From Crocosphaera subtropica ATCC 51142 (lineage in GTDB: Bacteria; Cyanobacteriota; Cyanobacteriia; Cyanobacteriales; Microcystaceae): 32,000 nt of DNA. A program made the position numbers and the translations under genes. Within the stretch, counting starts at the first letter, position 1. Each line of letters starts with the position of its first letter. Shown here piece after piece: positions 10,171-19,909 of this stretch. The DNA lies in assembly GCF_000017845.1 (NCBI RefSeq), contig NC_010546.1, positions 180,001 through 212,000 on the forward strand. The letters run 5' to 3'. Below the pieces are notes generated by a model that had not been told where the DNA came from, ran no database searches, and saw only the letters and a program-made list of their open reading frames with translations.

Positions 10171-10551
10171 TTATTGGCCTGGCTTACATACATTATAATC
10201 TTCATGGGAAACAACCGCTTCTGGGGTTAAAAAACTGCCATGATCACGACAAATTAAGCGATAATGTCGAGTCACAGGAATGCTGATAATAAAGCGATCA
10301 TGCCTTAGTCGTTTTCCGTAGAAACTTCGGTAATCTTGCTGATTAGCTAGTCCTTTGAGAATTTCACGGGCTTTCAGAACAACATTTTTAGGAAAGGGTC
10401 TTAGATCAATGGGATCTTTATTGAAGGTTTCTTCCCAAGCATTTTTCTGTTGTTGCTTTCGTTCCCAGGCCGTTTGTTCTTGGGCGCAACGATGGCAAAT
10501 TTTACCATACCCTTTATGACCACAGGGAAAACTCTTTTTTCGTCTCGACAT
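10171..10551 (-). CDS. Hypothetical protein with an N-terminal CxH...CxxC zinc-ribbon-like motif and a tentative RelE/ParE-like C-terminal segment
   Basis: The 126-aa product starts MSRRKKSFPCGHKGYGKICHRCAQ. Next comes a Q/K/E-rich helix, then LKGLANQQDYRSFYGKRLRHDRFIISIPVTRHYRLICRD....VVSHEDY. The last part resembles the G.L...(D)YRLIY....V..HR.dY core of RelE/ParE toxins. This assignment is from memory only. Confidence 0.45.
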   Translation of the reverse strand: MSRRKKSFPCGHKGYGKICHRCAQEQTAWERKQQQKNAWEETFNKDPIDLRPFPKNVVLKAREILKGLANQQDYRSFYGKRLRHDRFIISIPVTRHYRLICRDHGSFLTPEAVVSHEDYNVCKPGQ

Positions 10552-10963
10552 AATAACCTGTTATCTATAAAATGCTTGCGATCATGCCATATATCCAGAA
10601 TACAGGGTGAGATGATACCCTAGCAAAATAACTTGAAAAAACGCAACAACATTAACTTAATTTTCTCAACTAGAATAAAAAAACTTAATAAATAATTTTT
10701 CTATAATCTGTATCATTATCGAAAAAAATATATTTTTATGAAGAATTTGCTGAACTTTTTTTAGTTTGGTTGAAAAAAATAAGTAAAAATACAAAGCTGC
10801 TCTATTTTATGTTTATAGTTTATAATGCTTTTTTGTAAAATTACATAGATATACAAAGAATATATATTAAGTATTTTTCAGCGTGTTTACTGGCTATTAT
10901 CTAGATAAAAATTACAATTACCGAAATACACGGATGTAAAAAACTCATTATGAAAGTTATTTT

Positions 10964-12904
10964 ATGGTAAGGATTTCAAATTATATTACTATGTTTACTC
11001 AATTAAGAAAAAACACGAATTACTCAATCAATTATTCAAAAAATGACACTTTAAAAAGTGTTCCCATTAATCCAGACTTTAACTTAGTCAATCTTCTCAG
11101 GAAACGAGCGATTAATCAGCCGCAACAAACCGCCTATACATTTTTAGAAAATGGGGAAACAGAATTAATTAACTTAACCTATCAAGATTTAGATTTAGAA
11201 GCAAAGAACCTTGCAGCAAAACTTCAAGCTTTAAAATTTAGAGGAGAAAGGGCGTTACTTTTATATCCACCAGGAGTTGAGTTTATTTCTGCCTTTTTTG
11301 GCTGTTTATATGCTGGAGTGATTCCCGTTCCCCTTTACCCACCAAAACGAAACCAAAATCTATCAAGATTACAATCGGTGATAGCTAATGCTGAAGCTAA
11401 ACTGGCTTTAACAACAGAACTTGTCCTAGAAAATATTGAAAAACATTTTAATAGCACCCCAGATTTAGCTGCCCTAACCTGGTTAACCACTGACAATGAT
11501 CAAGAAAATCTAGTCCATCAATGGCATCTTCCCGAAATTTCAGCAGATGCGATCGCCTTTTTGCAATACACATCAGGTTCAACAGGAAATCCGAAAGGGG
11601 TCATGGTTAGTCATGGTAACTTAATCCATAATGAGCGTATGGTTCAACAAGCCTTTGGACATACAGAGCAAACAATTTTTGTAGGTTGGTTGCCTCTATT
11701 CCATGATATGGGATTAATTGGTAATGTCTTACAACCTCTATATTTGGGTATCCCTTGTATCTTAATGTCTCCTGTCGACTTTTTACAAAAACCCTATCGT
11801 TGGTTAAAAGCCATTTCTGACTATCGTGCTACCACTAGCGGAGGTCCCAATTTTGCCTATGACTTGTGCGTCAATAAAATCACCGATGAACAAATTCAAA
11901 CCCTTGACCTAAGTAGTTGGGAGGTAGCTTTTAATGGGGCTGAGCCGATACGGGCTGAAACCCTAGAAAAATTTGCCCAAAAGTTTTCCCCGTGTGGTTT
12001 TCGCAAAGAGGCATTTTATCCTTGTTACGGTATGGCTGAAGCGACTTTATTTATCACTGGTGGGGTATCTTCTGAACCACCGATGGTTAAAACAGTGGAT
12101 GAAAAAGCTTTAGCAGAAAATCGAGTTGTTGAAGTAGTGAAAGAACAAAATCAAGCCCAGTCCATAACTTTAGTGGGTTGTGGTAGACAATGGCTCGGAC
12201 AAATAGTAAAAATTGTCGATCCTCAAACGTTAACTGAATGTAACAATAATCAGGTGGGAGAAATTTGGGTATCAGGAGATAGTGTGGCTAAAGGCTACTG
12301 GCGAGAACTCCAAAAGACTAAAGCTACGTTTGAAGCTTATTTATCCGATACCCACAAAGGTCCTTTTCTACGGACGGGAGATTTAGGATTTTTCTCTACT
12401 GAGGGAGAGTTATTCGTCACTGGTAGACTCAAAGATGTCATTATTATTCGAGGACGTAATCACTATCCTCAAGATATTGAAATCACAGTTGAAGAGTGTC
12501 ATGAAGCTATTGTTAATCATCGTAGTGCTGCGTTTACGGTTCAGGTTGAGGGAAAAGAGCAGTTAGTGATTACGGCCGAACTAGAACGTCGTTATCATAA
12601 ACGTCGTCAGCAACCCTCTCAGGTTCCACCCCATCCAGAAAGACGCAAGGGCGATCGCCGTCAAGAATCTGAAGATCCAGGGTTTGAAGTCACGCCAACA
12701 CCTTCACAGCCACCAATTTTTGACGAGATTATCAGTAGTATTAAACGGGCTGTTTGTCATCATCACGGATTACAAGTTCATCGTATTATTTTGTTGCGAG
12801 TGGGAACCATTCCTAAAACTTCTAGCGGTAAAATTCAACGTTATGCTTGCCGTGAAGGGCTGTTTGATCATTCTTTGAATGTGGTTTATGACAGTAAACC
12901 GTAA
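10964..12904 (+). CDS. Fatty acyl-AMP ligase (FAAL) / AMP-dependent synthetase
   Basis: The adenylation core motifs are FLQYTSGSTGNPKGVMVSHGNL (A3), YGMAEATL (A5), RTGDLGF (A7), GRLKDVIIIRGRNHYP (A8) and the C-terminal PKTSSGKIQR (A10). The FAAL-type N-terminus is LVNLLRKRAINQPQQTAYTFLENGE. The start could instead be the ATG at 10991 (MFTQ...). Confidence 0.8.
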   Translation: MVRISNYITMFTQLRKNTNYSINYSKNDTLKSVPINPDFNLVNLLRKRAINQPQQTAYTFLENGETELINLTYQDLDLEAKNLAAKLQALKFRGERALLLYPPGVEFISAFFGCLYAGVIPVPLYPPKRNQNLSRLQSVIANAEAKLALTTELVLENIEKHFNSTPDLAALTWLTTDNDQENLVHQWHLPEISADAIAFLQYTSGSTGNPKGVMVSHGNLIHNERMVQQAFGHTEQTIFVGWLPLFHDMGLIGNVLQPLYLGIPCILMSPVDFLQKPYRWLKAISDYRATTSGGPNFAYDLCVNKITDEQIQTLDLSSWEVAFNGAEPIRAETLEKFAQKFSPCGFRKEAFYPCYGMAEATLFITGGVSSEPPMVKTVDEKALAENRVVEVVKEQNQAQSITLVGCGRQWLGQIVKIVDPQTLTECNNNQVGEIWVSGDSVAKGYWRELQKTKATFEAYLSDTHKGPFLRTGDLGFFSTEGELFVTGRLKDVIIIRGRNHYPQDIEITVEECHEAIVNHRSAAFTVQVEGKEQLVITAELERRYHKRRQQPSQVPPHPERRKGDRRQESEDPGFEVTPTPSQPPIFDEIISSIKRAVCHHHGLQVHRIILLRVGTIPKTSSGKIQRYACREGLFDHSLNVVYDSKP

Positions 12905-13322
12905 AGAATTGAGTCATAAAACAACTGACAGGGTAAAGATGCAGTTAAATATTATGCCACTTCTTAAAACTTAAGAAAATTCTTGACGGCTATCAAAAAG
13001 TGATTGCAGAATAAAGGTGGTTGTGAGGAATATTTTGATTTCTCCATATCCTAATTAACTTTGAGAGTTTTAGGAGCATATAGAAGTTTATCTGAAACCG
13101 ATAGATTATTATTCGTTGGTGTGAAATAAGCTCCTATATAAGTTTGAATCAAAAATAAGAAGAGTTGGTTTAATCAACTGATTCATCCGTTCGTTCTGTA
13201 ATTAATTAAAGCCATGTGCTACAGGAAAAGGAATCACCTTGTTAGGTGATGTAGTTCTGTTTTTCTGGAGTTACGGTAAAGATAAATAGACTAACAGTTC
13301 AGGGATTTTTAAGAGACAAATC

Positions 13323-13826
13323 ATGTTATTTAACAAATCATTTTTACCCTTAGTTACTCCTCTTTCTTTATTGTCATTGAGTCTTATTTCTAGTTTAGGT
13401 ATTCTCCATAGTCGCCCAACCCTAGCCACTGAAAAAGGGATTGAGAGAAATCAAGGAGAATTATTAGCACAAACTGTAAGCAGAAATAGGTTACCTAACG
13501 GTTCTTATTTATATGGCAGTTCCCCTCAACCTGATGAAATTGGACAAGAATATATGGTGTTTCAAGTCCATCAGGGAGAGGTCAAGGGGGCGGTTTATAT
13601 GCCACACTCAGAGTTTAGTTGTTTTACAGGAACTTTTGAGGGCAATCAAATGAGAATGTCTGTTATTGACCCTTATGATGGGACTCGTTATGATTACTCT
13701 GTTGCCTTGCAAGCTCCTTCTACGGTTGCCAGTAATGGTCAATGGTCTGATATTGGCTTAGAAGGTTACTATCGTCTTGATGATATGAGTCGTAATGATC
13801 AAAAAATTCTTGACACTTGTTCATAA
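13323..13826 (+). CDS. Hypothetical secreted protein
   Basis: The 167-aa ORF has a clear hydrophobic signal peptide (FLPLVTPLSLLSLSLISSLGIL). No family was recognised. Confidence 0.5.
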   Translation: MLFNKSFLPLVTPLSLLSLSLISSLGILHSRPTLATEKGIERNQGELLAQTVSRNRLPNGSYLYGSSPQPDEIGQEYMVFQVHQGEVKGAVYMPHSEFSCFTGTFEGNQMRMSVIDPYDGTRYDYSVALQAPSTVASNGQWSDIGLEGYYRLDDMSRNDQKILDTCS

Positions 13827-13832
13827 TTAAAA

Positions 13833-14789
13833 TTAGTGATTAATCTCGACTAAAACTTTTAATATTCCTTGCTTTTGTGCTATTTCAAAGGCTTCAAGTC
13901 CTTCTTCAAGGGGATAACGCCCATGTATTAAAGGCTTAACGTCCACTTGTTCTTGTTCTAATAATTTCAAAGCCGGAGCAAATGGACCGCAACGGGAACC
14001 GATGACAGTAATTTCGTCAACCACTAACGTTGAAGCGTCTAGGGTCAATTTTCCTACATAGGTACTTTTTAAGACTAAAATCCCACGGGGATAAAGTGAA
14101 CGACGAGCTAAGTCAAACCCTTGAGGATTTCCAGTACATTCTACAGCAATATCAAAACTTCTCTCTGTTACCTCTGTTTCTAACCCTGTTTTAATCCCCC
14201 TAGCAGCAAGATTAGCTAATTTTTCCTGGTGACGACCAATTACCCATAAATCACATCCAGTTAACGCTAAGGTTTGAGCAACTAATTGGCCTAACTTACC
14301 ATCTCCCACCACTAAAACTCGTTGAGTGGCATTAATTGATATTTGTTGTTGAATTTCTAAAGCAGCGGCCAGAGGTTCGGTAAAGGTGGCCACATCGTTA
14401 CTAACGTTATCAGGCACTCGGTGTAAATTATCAACAGGTAAGGTTAAATAATCAGCAAACGCACCGTTACGGTTAACAATACCTAAAACACTACGATTTT
14501 CGCAATGGGTAGGAGAACCCCCTCGACAAAAACGACAGTGACCACAAACGGCGTTAATTTCTCCGACAACCCTTTGATTGATCAGATGTTGGGGACCTTG
14601 TTCAACAACACCGACAAATTCATGGCCTAACACCCCCTGATAAGGATAATAACCTCGCAATAATTCTAAATCAGTATTACAAATACCGGCTTGCAAGACT
14701 TTGACCAAAGCTTCATCTTTTTTAGGTTCAGGAATGGGTAAATCGGCTTTTAATTGTAATTGTTGATTTTCTAACCAAAGTCCTTTCAT
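13833..14789 (-). CDS. Zinc-dependent alcohol dehydrogenase family oxidoreductase (MDR superfamily)
   Basis: The catalytic-zinc motif is GHEFVGVV, the structural-zinc cysteine cluster is CGHCRFCRGGSPTHC, and the Rossmann motif is VLVVGDGKLGQLV. Confidence 0.8.
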   Translation of the reverse strand: MKGLWLENQQLQLKADLPIPEPKKDEALVKVLQAGICNTDLELLRGYYPYQGVLGHEFVGVVEQGPQHLINQRVVGEINAVCGHCRFCRGGSPTHCENRSVLGIVNRNGAFADYLTLPVDNLHRVPDNVSNDVATFTEPLAAALEIQQQISINATQRVLVVGDGKLGQLVAQTLALTGCDLWVIGRHQEKLANLAARGIKTGLETEVTERSFDIAVECTGNPQGFDLARRSLYPRGILVLKSTYVGKLTLDASTLVVDEITVIGSRCGPFAPALKLLEQEQVDVKPLIHGRYPLEEGLEAFEIAQKQGILKVLVEINH

Positions 14790-14894
14790 AATTTTATATT
14801 TTCGGGTGTCTCATACTGTGATGATACAATGTAACAGCACAGAATTAACAAAGGTTTATTTAATAACTGACTTTTTTTCGAGTTTATTTTACTT

Positions 14895-15356
14895 ATGACC
14901 TCACCCCAAATTTTTGAACAAACCATTTTAATTAAAGCAAGTGCAACTATCGTTGAACGTTGTTTTACCGATTTAGAATTAATGCACCGTTGGTTAAACC
15001 CGGCTTTAAAGTGTGAACCCATTCGAGAATGGAATACAGATATTGGGGGAAGAAGTCGTTTTATTATTAAAATTCCTCCCATTAATCCGACATTAATTAG
15101 TCATGTGGTTGAACGGGAACCTGGGTTAATTGTTTGGCAATTTACTGGATTTTTTAAAGGACGCGATCGCTGGGAATGTCAACCTATTAGTAAAGGAACA
15201 AAATTAATTAATCGTTTTGAATTTGATGTTCCTAATCCTTTAATAAATTGGGGGTTTAATCAATTTGCTGCTTCCTGGACAAAAAAGGATATGAAAGCAC
15301 AATTAAGACGATTGAAACGGGTAGCAGAAGAGATTTATCAGTTAGAATGTAGTTAG
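14895..15356 (+). CDS. SRPBCC (START/polyketide-cyclase-like) family protein
   Basis: The 153-aa size and N-terminal pattern (ILIKASATIVERCFTDLELMHRWLNP) are typical of cyanobacterial Polyketide_cyc2-type proteins. This assignment is from memory. Confidence 0.55.
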   Translation: MTSPQIFEQTILIKASATIVERCFTDLELMHRWLNPALKCEPIREWNTDIGGRSRFIIKIPPINPTLISHVVEREPGLIVWQFTGFFKGRDRWECQPISKGTKLINRFEFDVPNPLINWGFNQFAASWTKKDMKAQLRRLKRVAEEIYQLECS

Positions 15357-15416
15357 TTAATTATAGGGTACTGTTATTTAAGTAGTGAAACTTAATCTAA
15401 GTTGATAGCATTTCCT

Positions 15417-16457
15417 CTAATAAAGGGTCATAACTTCAGTAATCGGTAAACGAGATTGTACCCCTAAGTTCCATGAAGAAATATGACCTTTTTTTAGGTG
15501 ATCACAAGCAGCACAAGCAATCATAGCTGCATTATCGGTACACAGTTTTAACGGGGGAAAATGAACGGTTAAATTGCGTTTTTTAGCTGCTTCTTGAAGA
15601 TGATTTCTTAGTCCACTATTAGCAGCAACACCACCCCCAACAGCAATATGACTAATATGATGATCTAGGGCGCAGGTGATGGTTTTTTTCGTCAATGAAC
15701 GGGCTACTGTTTCTTGGAAACTAGCAGCTAAATCGGCAATTGGTAAGGGTTCAGTCTTTTCTTGTTTGAGTTTTTCTACTAATCGTAAAACGGCTGTTTT
15801 TAAGCCACTAAAACTAGAGTCATAGGGATGATAACCTCCTTGGGGTAAGGAGACTTTTCCTTCTGGTAAATTAAATCGTTTGGGGTTGCCTTGAGTAGCT
15901 AATTGATCAATAATAGGACCCCCCGGATAGCCTAAATTTAATAATCTAGCTACTTTATCAAATGCTTCCCCTGCAGCATCATCACGAGTGGTTCCTAATT
16001 GTTCGTAAACACCACAATCTTTAACATGGATAAGACTGGTATGACCTCCTGATACTAATAAACATAAAAATGGTGGTTTCCAATCAGGTTCACTGAGATA
16101 AGTTGCATAAATATGACCTTCTAAATGATGAATTCCTAAGAAGGGTTTGTGATGAATCATGGCTAAAGTTTTAGCTGCGGTTTCTCCTACCATTAAAGCC
16201 CCAATTAATCCGGGTGCAACGGTGGCAGCAATACCATCAATATCATTCCAGGTTAATTTTGCCGTTTGTAATGCTTGTTCAATACAAGGGTTAATGGTCA
16301 AAAGATGTTGACGGGAAGCTTCTTCAGGAACGACACCACCATAACGTTTATGTAGGTCAATTTGGGAAGCAACAACACTACTACAAATCCTTCGATTATT
16401 AACAATAGCAACTGCAGTTTCATCACAACTGGTTTCAATTCCTAGTACGGTTGTCAT
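15417..16457 (-). CDS. tsaD: tRNA N6-adenosine threonylcarbamoyltransferase TsaD (Kae1/Gcp)
   Basis: The hallmarks are [16 protein letters not shown], the metal-binding motif [15 protein letters not shown] and GYPGGP. The length is 346 aa. Confidence 0.93.
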   Translation of the reverse strand: MTTVLGIETSCDETAVAIVNNRRICSSVVASQIDLHKRYGGVVPEEASRQHLLTINPCIEQALQTAKLTWNDIDGIAATVAPGLIGALMVGETAAKTLAMIHHKPFLGIHHLEGHIYATYLSEPDWKPPFLCLLVSGGHTSLIHVKDCGVYEQLGTTRDDAAGEAFDKVARLLNLGYPGGPIIDQLATQGNPKRFNLPEGKVSLPQGGYHPYDSSFSGLKTAVLRLVEKLKQEKTEPLPIADLAASFQETVARSLTKKTITCALDHHISHIAVGGGVAANSGLRNHLQEAAKKRNLTVHFPPLKLCTDNAAMIACAACDHLKKGHISSWNLGVQSRLPITEVMTLY

Positions 16458-16464
16458 AAACTTA

Positions 16465-18189
16465 TTAACTTTCTTTTTTTGTTGTCTTTTTTGATTGTAT
16501 CTCGTTATTTTTATCTTGAACAGTATGATGATTAGAATTGGTTTCTAGCCACATGGCTAAACGATTGGATAAAGTCGTTAAAGAATTAATCAGTTCAGGG
16601 GAAAGACTTTGTGAGGGTAAATCACTGGAACGAAAATGAACGTCTCTTTGAGGGAAAGGAATTTCAATTCCTTCTTGCCTAAATTGAGTATCAATCTTGA
16701 AATAAAGATCGCTTTTAATTTGAAATTGTTTATAAGGTTTACTAATCCAAACTAATAAATTAAAATTTAAAGAGCTATCACCAAACTCAGAAAAAAAGAC
16801 TTGAGGAGATGGCATCGATAAAATATCTCGGTGATTTTTAGCAGTATCAATCAAGACTCGTCTAACCGCTTCTAAGTTAGAACCATAGGCAACCCCCACA
16901 GGGATTTTTAAGCGAGAAATGGGACTAGAATGACTCCAATTAATTACTTCTGATTCCAAGAAACGAGAATTCGGTAAAATAACAGAAATCTGATCCAATG
17001 TTCTTATTTCCGTACTTCTGACACTAATTCTTTCTACTGTTCCCATTAATTGATCCACTTCTACAAAATCTCCAACTTGTATGGGACGCTCAAAAATCAA
17101 CACTAACCCACTAACAAATTCTTTCGCAATTCCTTGAAGTCCTAAACCAATACCGACCCCTAAAACACTGGCAAAAACCGTTAAAGAACTTAAGTCTAAT
17201 CCCCAAACTTGCAACACAACAATAGTGCCTAAAAATATTAGAGCATAATTAACAATTAAAGCAGTGGTATCTTGAACAGCACGATTGAGTCCCGTGGCAC
17301 TTAATAACTTGGATTTTAGGACACGGCTAACCATACGAGTTAGGGTGACTACAGCAGCTAATAAACCGACTAATATAAAAAAGTCAAGCACGGAATATTT
17401 TTGATTTCCTAAAGGAAAAACATCGGTGATTAAACTAACTTGTAGAATCTCAAGAAGAAAATCACTCCATTGGCGAGTTTGAGGAAATAAACGACTAATA
17501 TAACCTAGGGCAACAATCCAAATAAGTCCCCGAATAATGGTTAATAAGACTAATAATCCGACTAATTGGAAATTAAAAGAAGATTCACCAGTATTCGCTG
17601 TTAATGGCTGATTAGAAGTGGTTGATGTTAGAGGATTAGGATCAGTTTTCGTTGTACTGAGAGGTTTTAGCCAACGTTGCCAAATTTTTCCCAATTTCCA
17701 AGATAAAATAACAGCTAAGAAAATAATGGCGATCGCAATAACAATGGCTTTAATATAATATTGTGGCGTTCTTTCGTATTCTGATTTTCTAATAGCAATT
17801 TCTAAGGCATTTTTCCAAGCTAACGCTTGTCCTTGTAAGCTTTTTCCAATGGGAGCATCATTATAAGTAACCGATAAAAAATAACGATCATTAATAGTAA
17901 TAACAGGAACCTCTTGATCAGTATCAATTTCAACTGAAATAGGAGATTCACTCTCTGCTACAATTTTTTCTAAATGATTATTTGCTTCCCTTGCCCTTTG
18001 TTGTGCCGTATATTGTCCTGACTCGCTCACATAAAATAAGGTTTTTCCTTCTAACATGATAGGGGCTGTTGGCCTTTCTTGCCCTAAAATTGGAGTCATC
18101 CAACTCACAGAACTAAAAGCAATAAAAATTGTTAAAATCCAGGAAATGAAGGAAATGATGAAATTTCGGTTTTTGCTCCAATAAGACAT
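16465..18189 (-). CDS. Mechanosensitive ion channel (MscS family) with an extended N-terminal periplasmic/TM region
   Basis: The MscS pore helix and beta-domain are present: [72 protein letters not shown]. The gene lies 7 bp upstream of tsaD on the same strand. Confidence 0.85.
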   Translation of the reverse strand: MSYWSKNRNFIISFISWILTIFIAFSSVSWMTPILGQERPTAPIMLEGKTLFYVSESGQYTAQQRAREANNHLEKIVAESESPISVEIDTDQEVPVITINDRYFLSVTYNDAPIGKSLQGQALAWKNALEIAIRKSEYERTPQYYIKAIVIAIAIIFLAVILSWKLGKIWQRWLKPLSTTKTDPNPLTSTTSNQPLTANTGESSFNFQLVGLLVLLTIIRGLIWIVALGYISRLFPQTRQWSDFLLEILQVSLITDVFPLGNQKYSVLDFFILVGLLAAVVTLTRMVSRVLKSKLLSATGLNRAVQDTTALIVNYALIFLGTIVVLQVWGLDLSSLTVFASVLGVGIGLGLQGIAKEFVSGLVLIFERPIQVGDFVEVDQLMGTVERISVRSTEIRTLDQISVILPNSRFLESEVINWSHSSPISRLKIPVGVAYGSNLEAVRRVLIDTAKNHRDILSMPSPQVFFSEFGDSSLNFNLLVWISKPYKQFQIKSDLYFKIDTQFRQEGIEIPFPQRDVHFRSSDLPSQSLSPELINSLTTLSNRLAMWLETNSNHHTVQDKNNEIQSKKTTKKES

Positions 18190-18420
18190 ATAAACTTAAC
18201 AAATAGAGGTTAAAGATTAGATACTATTTTTAGAGGTTAGCTTGATTATTATTCCTATCATAAGCTTTAACCGGTAGTGTAGCAGGGGTTTTGAAGCCGA
18301 CATTTTGAGATAAAATTAGAATGGTTGATTAATCTTTGGTGACGATTACACCAAACACAATCAACTAAACTCCCTACTTTACCTGGGGAATGCACCTGCC
18401 CATCGAAATTACCCTAGATT

Positions 18421-19395
18421 ATGGATATTAAAGAAGGCTTTGTTGGCACTGTTGGTAATACACCCCTTATTCGACTTAAAAGCTTTAGTGAAGAAACAGG
18501 CTGTAATATTTTAGGCAAGGCAGAATTTTTGAATCCTGGGGGTTCAGTCAAAGATCGGGCTGCTTTATACATTATCAAAGACGCAGAAGAAAAAGGACTG
18601 CTCAAACCTGGGGGAACGGTAGTAGAAGGAACTGCTGGCAATACAGGCATAGGATTGGCCCATATTTGTAATGCTAAGGGTTATAAATGCCTGATTATTA
18701 TCCCAGAAACCCAGTCTCAAGAAAAAATTGACCTGTTGAGAACGTTGGGGGCTGAAGTTCGCACCGTTCCTGCGGTTCCTTACAAAGATCCCAATAATTA
18801 TGTCAAAGTCTCAGGAAGAGTTGCCGAAGAATTAGACAATGCTATCTGGGCCAATCAATTTGATAATTTAGCGAACCGACAGGCCCACTATGAAACTACT
18901 GGGCCCGAAATTTGGCAGCAAACAGATGGGAAGGTGGATGCTTGGGTATCGGCCACCGGAACCGGCGGAACCTACGCTGGTGGAGCGTTATTTTTTAAGG
19001 AAAAAAACCCTAATATTAAATGTATTGTGGCTGATCCCATGGGAAGTGGCTTATACAGTTACGTCAAAACTGGAGAAATTAACCCCAAAGGAAGTTCCAT
19101 CACTGAAGGGATTGGTAATAGTCGTATTACGGCCAATATGGAAGGGGTTCCCATTGATGATGCCATTCAAATTGACGACCATGAGGCATTAAGGGTTATT
19201 TATCAGTTACTGTACCAAGATGGCTTATTTATGGGGGGATCGGTCGGCATTAATGTAGGTGCGGCCGTGACCTTAGCTAAAGAAATGGGACCTGGCCATA
19301 CTATTGTCACGGTTTTATGTGATGGTGGGGCCCGTTATCAGTCTCGTATCTATGATAAGGAATGGTTAGCGTCTAAGGGGTTATCCGTTCCCTAG
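18421..19395 (+). CDS. cysK: Cysteine synthase (O-acetylserine sulfhydrylase) family, PLP-dependent
   Basis: The motifs are VGNTPLIRL, the PLP-lysine motif KAEFLNPGGSVKDRAA, the Asn-loop TAGNTGIGLA and GTGGT. I cannot separate CysK from CysM or a CBS-like paralogue by eye. Confidence 0.78.
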   Translation: MDIKEGFVGTVGNTPLIRLKSFSEETGCNILGKAEFLNPGGSVKDRAALYIIKDAEEKGLLKPGGTVVEGTAGNTGIGLAHICNAKGYKCLIIIPETQSQEKIDLLRTLGAEVRTVPAVPYKDPNNYVKVSGRVAEELDNAIWANQFDNLANRQAHYETTGPEIWQQTDGKVDAWVSATGTGGTYAGGALFFKEKNPNIKCIVADPMGSGLYSYVKTGEINPKGSSITEGIGNSRITANMEGVPIDDAIQIDDHEALRVIYQLLYQDGLFMGGSVGINVGAAVTLAKEMGPGHTIVTVLCDGGARYQSRIYDKEWLASKGLSVP

Positions 19396-19452
19396 TTAAT
19401 GCTTTAAACACAATAGTTCAGCGCAGTCCCCATCCCCACCTAAACCCCCCAT

Positions 19453-19480
19453 GTCCCTCCTAGTAGGGGGGACTTTGTTT
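19453..19480 (+). terminator. Intrinsic terminator after cysK
   Basis: An 8-bp stem pairs GTCCCTCC (19453-19460) with GGGGGGAC (19466-19473), including one G-U pair, around the loop TAGTA. It is followed by TTTGTTT and starts 58 nt after the cysK stop. Confidence 0.6.
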
Positions 19481-19909
19481 GTAGTAAAATGGGCAAGTCA
19501 TGGGCAGTACATTAATTTGGATCATGTCTCGTTTTCCTTAATTCGAGATAAGCTCAAAGGTTAATAAAATCGTTGCCTAAAACACCCATTATTTCGTTTC
19601 ATATGCTCTAATCTGACCTCCGAACTCAGGTTAAGTAACATTTTTCACAGTAAAAATTGGATAAATAAGATTCTAATACCTGTCTCAAATTTTAACTGAG
19701 TTCGCTACTGTCAATATCCCTATCAAACATAATAATTCTTAATTTTCGGTAAATACCTACCCTTCTATAATAATATTGCGTTAAACTAATAGAAATCTGG
19801 GAAATCACCTACTTTTGCTGATGTTCATCTATCAATACTTATGATAATTATTCGTGTAATCACTGAGTTACTTTAATCTTTGTGACACCCACATTTTAAA
19901 CTAAAACCT

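Noticed and set aside
10552-10963. Very AT-rich 412-bp spacer with repeated TTGAAAAAA-like tracts and a 6-codon upstream ORF (10950-10970), considered as an ncRNA or mobile-element scar
   Set aside because: I found no inverted or direct terminal repeats, no stable hairpin-terminator pair and no conserved motif. It is most simply a divergent promoter region with A-tracts.
13233-13250. Perfect 7-bp hairpin ATCACCT-tgtt-AGGTGAT upstream of the secreted-protein gene, considered as a terminator or attenuator
   Set aside because: The stem is short, the following T-run (GTAGTTCTGTTTTTCT) is interrupted, and the FAAL stop is 330 nt away. That is insufficient evidence to call a feature.
14786-15082. 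98-aa minus-strand ORF upstream of the ADH gene
   Set aside because: It overlaps the well-supported SRPBCC gene on the opposite strand and spans an intergenic promoter region. Its composition shows no family resemblance, so I treat it as spurious.
18335-18355. Hairpin TTTGGTG-acgatta-CACCAAA in the cysK 5' region, considered as a riboswitch or attenuator
   Set aside because: It is a single 7-bp stem with no flanking conserved elements or alternative pairing that I can see. No known riboswitch class matches.
19481-19909. Remnant of dndB, an integrase or a tRNA attachment site in the 430-bp leader of the island
   Set aside because: Reading all frames by eye gave only very short ORFs with no DGQHR, tyrosine-recombinase or tRNA-like (T-arm GGTTCGAATCC) features. 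This cannot be excluded without tblastn or tRNAscan.
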